From a candidate division FCPU426 bacterium (GTDB lineage: Bacteria > Oederibacteriota > Muellerivitia > Muellerivitales > Muellerivitaceae), in contig CAWCKJ010000003.1 in NCBI GenBank assembly GCA_963796105.1, forward strand, positions 576,001-640,000: 64,000 bases of DNA, read 5' to 3'. Shown in pieces: positions 57,324-64,000 of this stretch. Position 1 is the first letter of the stretch; each line of letters starts with the position of its first letter. Both the position numbers and the translations under genes were made by a program. A model generated the notes under the pieces. The model was given only the letters and a program-made list of their open reading frames with translations, was not told the origin of the DNA and did no database searches.

Positions 57324-60300
57324 TCATTCCTCGGAGGTAGCTGATATCTTATCTTCTTTTATCTGCTCGTTGAGATTGGGGTCCTTGACGGTAATTCGGA
57401 TAGTGTAATCCTGGTCGGGACTTAAATTCCCGATGACAGCCTCATGGCGGTAATCCCAGCTGTTGTTTTCCGGTATCACAAGGCGGATCAACTGTTTATC
57501 CGAGTCCAAAACGCGGATCTCGCTTTTCGTAACTTTGTCTGTGATCCACTCCAAATGAAACTTGCCTGGGCCTATGGGATAAGCTTCAAATTTCTCGAAA
57601 TGTGGTTTTTCCTTATCCCCTTTCTTGGGCATGATAATGTCTGGCAGGTCGGTTTTATAACCCAGAAGCACACTTGTTTCCTGTTGGCCATTTTGGTTCG
57701 TTCCGACGCCTCCTGTCACAATTAATTTCGGATTGATCGCGTAATCCACGGATAATCGTCCTTCGGGAACTGCAATACCTGTATTAACATCCCGACCAAT
57801 ACCAAAATCCGTTTTCAATGTCAATTTTTTATTGAGAGGCTTGATCAATTCAACAGTTCCAACCGATTGAGTATCTCCGACGATAGTTTTTCCCGCCGAG
57901 CTCCCCAAACCCGGTACAGGAGTCAAAGCAGCAGCACCGGTTCCCCCTGGTATTGGATTGCCTTTTATTACAACATCCACGCCAAAAACATCTTGAGTCA
58001 AAGAACGGGAGATTCTAGTCAACTCATTCGTAGCAATTCGGTTAAAAGCGTCAATTAAGGCGGCATTTACAGCCTGACCATATTTTTGCTGATAATCTTG
58101 TTGTAGTTGCTGGCTGTTGTAACCGAGCCCTGTCATATCCCTCCCAAATAGAATGTAGGACAATAAAATCTTCTGTTGGACATCCTTATCGTTGGTACTG
58201 AAATGGGGATTGGAATCCAGGGTAAAGTCGACCTTCCCAAATGTACCCTTGAAGTCAACCCAGACATCCATGTCCGTTTGCCGGGTAAATCCATTGGTAG
58301 TAACGTCCACATTCAAAAGTTTGTCCACCCCTCTGCCCCTCATGTATGGCAGTTTCCCCTTGGGGATATCCAGCCAAACACTTTCAACATTGAATCGGTG
58401 GCTTAAATAACTGAGATACCCCTGACTTGCCGTCGCGGTTCCATAACAAAGTATTCCGGATTGTTGGGGGGTTTTATCCGAATCTTTCCCCTCAATTTTA
58501 AGCTTTACGTTCGGATCAACTTTAACTTCGAGATATTGGGAGTTGAAATCATTTGAATAGTAAGTCCCGGACCCAGAGACTAGGGTTAAATCGAAAACAA
58601 CGTTAGCTAGTTCCTTGTACTCGATTTTCTCACCCTTCTCATCAACAGTCTCAACGGGAGGCCAAGTGTAATGACCCGTGTCTAAAAGCGCGGTCCCGAC
58701 CACATGCACCTCTGAAAGGGGACCCTGGATGAGAAGGGGGTCTTCGGTCGAAGATCCGTAAAAGAAAATCTCCCCCCATTCACCTTTACGCATGATGTCA
58801 GGGATATTAAGGAAAAGACCATGGTCCCCTACTGTCTTGACCCTAAAATCCAGATATTGAGGAATGAAATTAACCAGCCGCATTTTGGTCTGCTCCGCGG
58901 GAGGGGAGGTAATAAAAACCCTTCCCTGGCCGATGCGGCCGTTTAAATCCTCAACAACCAATTTATTGTCGCGCACCTTGATCCGGCCGTTAATGTCTTC
59001 AATGGATTTAGCCACGAGGGTTGGAACCATCTGACATTGCTTCAAGTCCAAGTCCATGTTGAGGATCGGATCATCCAATGTCCCGCCTACATGGGCCGAG
59101 AAGTCCATCAGGCCGGAGGCCTTTTTAGCGAGGCCCGCGGCCAAGATCAGGCTGAAATCGCCCTGGGCCATCTGGGCGTTGATGTCCATCTCCTGGTTTC
59201 TCACCTTCAACCAGCTCTCATGGTTCAAAGCGAGGGGCATTTTCCCCTCGACCTGGAAGCTGTAAAGGCCTTTTCGGGTGAGTTGGATTGGACTCTCCTT
59301 ACTGCCGATAAAAAGCATGTTTTCCTTAGCCTGAACCTCACCGTCCAGCAGATCAAACGGGAGGTCTCCCGCCTTGCCGTTGGATACCGAGAGGGATCCT
59401 GTGAAAACAGGATCTGCCAGGGTACCCTCGAGTATCAAATGGTAATGCCCCGTCCCAGTGAGGGGGAACCCGGGAAACAGCCACTTCCCCACATCCTCAA
59501 TGGGAATATTCCCGGCATCCGACGTCAGATGACTTTCTCCCTTCAGGTCCAGCGTTCCATCCACCGAAAAGGTGCCAGGGGAATGAAGAAGCTGGATGTC
59601 CTTGAACTCGATTAAATCGTTCTTGGATATATCCAACTGCCCGACCAACTGGGGTTTTTCCTCCCCTAAGGGTAAAAAATCGATGATTTTATGGTGAACC
59701 CGGAGGGACAAGACAAACGGATTGGGAGTCTTCGTTCCTGTGACAGGCCCAAGAACAGAGATATTTCCTTGAAAAGTAGGCCGGTCCTCCTTTTCCTCAA
59801 GGGCCAATTTCCCGTCCAGGTGAACCCTGCTGCTTAAGTTGAAAACAGCGATCGGCACATTGGAAGCGGAGCCATCGAGACTCAGCAAAATTAGGGATGG
59901 GTCGTCAGGGTCGGGCGTTAATTTCCCATCCTCAATATTGATTTCCCCGCGCGCAAGTGTGATTTTGTTTTTCTCCAGGAAGAATTTTCCACCGCTTTCA
60001 GTGAAATGAAGTTTGGCGGAAGGAACCTGGTAGTTGTCGTAAACCAAATTTTCCCCCTCCAGGGAAAAACCGGCTAAGAGTTTTGCCCAAGTGCCGGTCA
60101 CCGAAAGATTTCCATTTACATCGCCCGCCACTTTGTGCTTATCCGAATTGAGATCCAAGAGCGAAAGAATGTTCGCGAATTTCTCATCCCGGCAAGGCCC
60201 GTTCAGATCAATTTTGCAGTCTGGATCCCAGATAGCTTTTTGTGAGGCCAGGGTGCCTGAAAGGGCGTATTTCGCCTTGTCTTTTTCCAGGGATAATTCC

Positions 60301-63107
60301 AGTGAAATCAGGGTTTTGTCCCCAGAAAAGCGGAGTACCAGCTTGTTGAACGCGTATTTTTGGGCCACGCCCTCGGTAATCAGTATGTTTCCAGTTAGCG
60401 GCAAATCGGACAATGCCCCCTTGAGGGATACTTTTCCAGCCACGGTCCCGGAAGTTTTCAGGGAAGGCGGTAGGAACTGGGTCAATTCGGGCATTTCTGA
60501 CAGGAGAGTGGGTTCGATTTTCAGGTCAGCCTGGATCTGGACCTGCTTTCCGGAAAGATCCAAGTAGGCTGATCCCGCGACGGCATTTCCCATGTGGACC
60601 CGGCCCTTCAATTGGAGGTCTTCACTGGACGCAGCCATGCTGAAATCCCTGAACTGGTAGGGCTTCTTCAAATCGCCGATGGAATAATCTTTTGCTGTGA
60701 AAGTACCATTCCAATTTTTCCAAAAAGGATCGCCTGTCTGGGCGTTCCAAGTGAAATCCCCGCTCAGGAATGGACCGTGCCCCAGTTGGAATTTTTTCGC
60801 CTGCATCTTCAAATCCATTGTTCCTGGTTCGGATTGAATATCCCAGCTCCCCGTGGCCATAAACCGATTTTTACCCTGTGAAATATTCAACTTCCTGATT
60901 TGTATTTTTCCCGGGACAGGAGCCAAAAGAGCATCAATGCGGTCCGCCCACCAATCCCCGGCTTGAAAGGAGGTCACCGTTCCCTCCCCGTCCAGAATGG
61001 GGTTCTTGCGGATCCCCCCCAAATGGAAATTGCCGGTGATGGAGCCCTTAAAGGGTTGCGGAGGGGTGGTCCAATTCACCAGATAAGCTATTGCATCAAT
61101 TGGTATTCCAACCGCCTTGATTCTCAGGTCCAGGGGGGATTCGTCCTTTAATCCGATCCGTCCCTTCACCGAAAACACACTGCCCCATTCCAGGTGGTTG
61201 AATTCCAGCTTACCGGATTCCCATGCTAAATCCCCGTTGAGGGGCTGCGATTCCTCCCCCATGGCAACTTTCTCGGATGAAAAAAGCATCTGGGCCTTCG
61301 GCTCTTTCCGAGTTCCGCTGATGAGAACATCCCAATTGACGTGGCCAGCCACGTCTGGAAATTGCTCCTTAAAAAACGGAATATCCTGGACTGATATATC
61401 CTTCCCGTGTATTTGAAGGTCAATAACCTTGTCCTCGTCCTTTGGCAATTCGCCGGACCAGCTGAGGTGACCCGTTTTCTTTCCGAGGAAAAGTTCAAGT
61501 TTATCGATTCGCCAAGAGTCGGTATTTTCAGTGAATTTGAAAGCCATTTTGGTTTTGCCATTGATGGTGGTGACAAGCTCCAATTTCCCGTCTTTTAACT
61601 GCGCTTTGCTTTGAATGTCATAACGGAAGAGGTTATTCCTCAAAAGGCGGTTTAGAACGATTGAACTCGTGCTTGAAAAAACAGGGTCCTGTAAAGTCCC
61701 CCCCACAACAATTTGGCCGTCGCCCGACAAATTCTTGATGCTGGATCCCTCCGGCAAGTCGCTTGCGTTCAGGCCGATTAAGGAGGCGGTCAAAGAAATG
61801 GGCGCGTCGGGTTTCCCGGTAAGGCCGATCACGCCACCCCCGTTAAAACGTCCTCCATACAGTGTCCCATTCAAATCCTGGATTTTGAACTCACCGTCTT
61901 GATAACCACCCTGAACATCGAGGGAATCCAACTGAATGTTTCCGACATGGGAGAGGCCGAGTTCCGCCTTCCCGGTCAAGACGGGTTTCTGGAAGGTGCC
62001 GGCGGCCTCCAGAAGAGCTTTTCCCTCTCCATCGCTTTTAATCACTTTGATCTTCAGGATATCCGTGAAAAAACTTGAAAGGAGCAAATGATCTGTCAAG
62101 GTAGTGAAAGCCAGGGGACTGTTGTCAAAAGGAATGGTTCCTTTGGCCCTCCAGGGAATCTCTCCTGTGAAAAACTTGAGTTCCTCCGGGATATTGATCC
62201 CGCTCGGACGAATCAACGCTTTTCCGTTAATGCGTGAAAAAACCACACCCATAGGCCCAGGCGCAGCGACAGTGGCATCATGAACGCTCATTTTCGCGTC
62301 ATACCACATCCCCCGGGAAAGGCGGAAAACCAGTGGGATTTCAGCGTCCAGGGTACCAGCTGTCAATTGCCAACCCGCCAAATCTTTCAAGACCATCCCG
62401 GCGGAGGCAAGAGGCCAATCCTCCAAATTTGCCCTGCCTGATACCTTGAAATCATCCAAGTGGAGGCTTCCGTTATAACGGAGAATCCCAGGGTGAGCGC
62501 TTGCCTGTGAATGGGCCGTCAAGTTGAGGGACCAGCTTTTTCCATTCTGGGAAAGCGCGTCAAAATCCACCGCTTCCAATAGGCATTGAGAGGATTTTCC
62601 AGACTGTATGAAAAAAGAACCGAGACGCACATTCACCCTGGGAGCTGGAACCATCAGCATGGGAAAGGGAACTGGAGCGGAAATGGATTGCGGCGAACCG
62701 GAAGCCGGGGATTTCGTATCAGAATGAATGAGAAAAACCTGGGGGCGGATAAAGGAAAGGCTGCGAAGACAACTTTCCAGGTCTTTTTTTCGGAAGAGGA
62801 GATTCACCAGATCAAGATTGACCGAGACTTGATCGACTAGAAGGCGAGTATTCCAGGGCGAACCATCCAGGTACATGGAAACATGGTTGAGGATGACGTC
62901 GCCGGTTAATCCTCCTCGAACTGACCCAATGTTCACGGAAGAATGGAGGCTTTTGGCCAGTTCTTTCTCCACCAGGGGGCGCAATTGAGTATCCACGATC
63001 CTGTTGAAGAGAAGAAAGAGAGATCCCAATATCCCAAAGGCAAGGCCTATACCCAGAAGCAGCCTGGATCTTCTGGGCTTCCCTTCCATGGGAATGCTAC
63101 GGGTCAA
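57324..63107 (-). CDS. tamB: TamB/AsmA-like giant periplasmic protein with a C-terminal FN3-like domain
   Basis: N-terminal TM anchor, repeated GTLxDP beta-taco motifs, adjacent to bamA. Confidence 0.75.
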   Translation of the reverse strand: MTRSIPMEGKPRRSRLLLGIGLAFGILGSLFLLFNRIVDTQLRPLVEKELAKSLHSSVNIGSVRGGLTGDVILNHVSMYLDGSPWNTRLLVDQVSVNLDLVNLLFRKKDLESCLRSLSFIRPQVFLIHSDTKSPASGSPQSISAPVPFPMLMVPAPRVNVRLGSFFIQSGKSSQCLLEAVDFDALSQNGKSWSLNLTAHSQASAHPGILRYNGSLHLDDFKVSGRANLEDWPLASAGMVLKDLAGWQLTAGTLDAEIPLVFRLSRGMWYDAKMSVHDATVAAPGPMGVVFSRINGKALIRPSGINIPEELKFFTGEIPWRAKGTIPFDNSPLAFTTLTDHLLLSSFFTDILKIKVIKSDGEGKALLEAAGTFQKPVLTGKAELGLSHVGNIQLDSLDVQGGYQDGEFKIQDLNGTLYGGRFNGGGVIGLTGKPDAPISLTASLIGLNASDLPEGSSIKNLSGDGQIVVGGTLQDPVFSSTSSIVLNRLLRNNLFRYDIQSKAQLKDGKLELVTTINGKTKMAFKFTENTDSWRIDKLELFLGKKTGHLSWSGELPKDEDKVIDLQIHGKDISVQDIPFFKEQFPDVAGHVNWDVLISGTRKEPKAQMLFSSEKVAMGEESQPLNGDLAWESGKLEFNHLEWGSVFSVKGRIGLKDESPLDLRIKAVGIPIDAIAYLVNWTTPPQPFKGSITGNFHLGGIRKNPILDGEGTVTSFQAGDWWADRIDALLAPVPGKIQIRKLNISQGKNRFMATGSWDIQSEPGTMDLKMQAKKFQLGHGPFLSGDFTWNAQTGDPFWKNWNGTFTAKDYSIGDLKKPYQFRDFSMAASSEDLQLKGRVHMGNAVAGSAYLDLSGKQVQIQADLKIEPTLLSEMPELTQFLPPSLKTSGTVAGKVSLKGALSDLPLTGNILITEGVAQKYAFNKLVLRFSGDKTLISLELSLEKDKAKYALSGTLASQKAIWDPDCKIDLNGPCRDEKFANILSLLDLNSDKHKVAGDVNGNLSVTGTWAKLLAGFSLEGENLVYDNYQVPSAKLHFTESGGKFFLEKNKITLARGEINIEDGKLTPDPDDPSLILLSLDGSASNVPIAVFNLSSRVHLDGKLALEEKEDRPTFQGNISVLGPVTGTKTPNPFVLSLRVHHKIIDFLPLGEEKPQLVGQLDISKNDLIEFKDIQLLHSPGTFSVDGTLDLKGESHLTSDAGNIPIEDVGKWLFPGFPLTGTGHYHLILEGTLADPVFTGSLSVSNGKAGDLPFDLLDGEVQAKENMLFIGSKESPIQLTRKGLYSFQVEGKMPLALNHESWLKVRNQEMDINAQMAQGDFSLILAAGLAKKASGLMDFSAHVGGTLDDPILNMDLDLKQCQMVPTLVAKSIEDINGRIKVRDNKLVVEDLNGRIGQGRVFITSPPAEQTKMRLVNFIPQYLDFRVKTVGDHGLFLNIPDIMRKGEWGEIFFYGSSTEDPLLIQGPLSEVHVVGTALLDTGHYTWPPVETVDEKGEKIEYKELANVVFDLTLVSGSGTYYSNDFNSQYLEVKVDPNVKLKIEGKDSDKTPQQSGILCYGTATASQGYLSYLSHRFNVESVWLDIPKGKLPYMRGRGVDKLLNVDVTTNGFTRQTDMDVWVDFKGTFGKVDFTLDSNPHFSTNDKDVQQKILLSYILFGRDMTGLGYNSQQLQQDYQQKYGQAVNAALIDAFNRIATNELTRISRSLTQDVFGVDVVIKGNPIPGGTGAAALTPVPGLGSSAGKTIVGDTQSVGTVELIKPLNKKLTLKTDFGIGRDVNTGIAVPEGRLSVDYAINPKLIVTGGVGTNQNGQQETSVLLGYKTDLPDIIMPKKGDKEKPHFEKFEAYPIGPGKFHLEWITDKVTKSEIRVLDSDKQLIRLVIPENNSWDYRHEAVIGNLSPDQDYTIRITVKDPNLNEQIKEDKISATSEE

Positions 63108-64000
63108 ACGGCGGTGGGAGACACGGGTTGGTGCTCCTCGGCCGTAAAGGAGAGATGGTCGCCCGCGGACTTCAGCACGAGGCGTTTTCCTTCCTTCACG
63201 GTTCCCCGAAGCAATTCCTCCGCCAAAGCGTCTTCCACATACCGCTGGATGGTTCGTTTCATCTGCCGGGCCCCATAAACCTTGTCATAGCCCTTCTCAA
63301 TCAGGAAATCCCGTCCAGACTCATCCAGTTCCAGGGTGATATTCTTATCCTTTAAGCGCTTTTGAACATCCAGCAATTGGAGATCCACGATCTTCTCCAA
63401 ATGGCTGCGTTCCAGGGGATGGAACGTGATGATGTCGTCCACCCGGTTCAGGAACTCCGGATTGAAGGCTTTTCTCAATTCAACCAGGATCTTGGCCTTC
63501 ATGCTGCTGAAGGGTTCTTCAGATCTTTCTGAGCTGAACCCGAGATTCTTCTCGATCCCGAGCTCCTTGGTTCCCAGGTTGCTGGTCATGATGACAACGG
63601 TATTTCGGAAATCCACCACCCGTCCGAGACTGTCAGTCAATCGTCCATCCTCCAGAATCTGGAGCATGATGTTAAATATCTCCGGATGGGCCTTTTCGAT
63701 TTCGTCAAAAAGGACAACGCTATAAGGTTTGCGGCGGACTTTCTCGGTTAATTGCCCCCCCTCATCATGGCCCACGTAACCCGGAGGTGCTCCCGCGAGG
63801 CGCGAGACGTTGAATTTTTCCATATATTCGCTCATGTCAAAACGGATCAAGGCATCCTCGTCATCGAACAGGAACTGAGCCAAGGCCCGGGCCAGCTCGG
63901 TTTTTCCAATCCCCGAGGGACCCATAAACATGAAACTTCCAATTGGTTTTTTGGGGTTTCCAATTCCGGCCCTGCTGCGGCGGATAGCCTTGGACAAAGA
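63104..64000 (-). CDS. clpC: Clp ATPase (ClpC-like), C-terminal part
   Basis: GPSGIGKTELA, DMSEYMEK, PPGYVG and PEFLNRVD motifs; 5' part lies outside the window; ClpC versus ClpB is inferred. Confidence 0.8.
   Translation of the reverse strand, partial: SLSKAIRRSRAGIGNPKKPIGSFMFMGPSGIGKTELARALAQFLFDDEDALIRFDMSEYMEKFNVSRLAGAPPGYVGHDEGGQLTEKVRRKPYSVVLFDEIEKAHPEIFNIMLQILEDGRLTDSLGRVVDFRNTVVIMTSNLGTKELGIEKNLGFSSERSEEPFSSMKAKILVELRKAFNPEFLNRVDDIITFHPLERSHLEKIVDLQLLDVQKRLKDKNITLELDESGRDFLIEKGYDKVYGARQMKRTIQRYVEDALAEELLRGTVKEGKRLVLKSAGDHLSFTAEEHQPVSPTAV

Overview
Bacterial chromosomal window from a diderm organism (BamA and TamB present), GC roughly in the mid-50s %, mostly minus-strand genes. The left end holds the conserved rsmD-coaD-yceD-rpmF-plsX-fabH-fabD-fabG block. 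The right half holds recG/rpmB, tsaC-ywlE-rpiB, a split purine cluster (purB-S-Q-L-F ... purM-[Wzy_C/TPR]-purN-H-D), surE, bamA, tamB and the 3' end of a Clp ATPase. About 22 kb of accessory DNA lies between recG and rsmD: carbohydrate enzymes, a cold-shock gene, two fluoride (crcB) riboswitches (one ahead of a cation:proton antiporter, one ahead of a dynamin-TPR-DUF6062 operon), a Phd/PIN toxin-antitoxin pair, a compound tandem-repeat field interrupted by an intact IS21, a low-GC glycosyltransferase, an MFS gene, and two small cassettes each bracketed by a diverged duplicate of the 3' end of the upstream gene (recG, MFS). Several dispersed MITE/REP-like repeats occur. No rRNA, tRNA or CRISPR array was seen. 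All family calls come from motif recognition by eye, not database searches.
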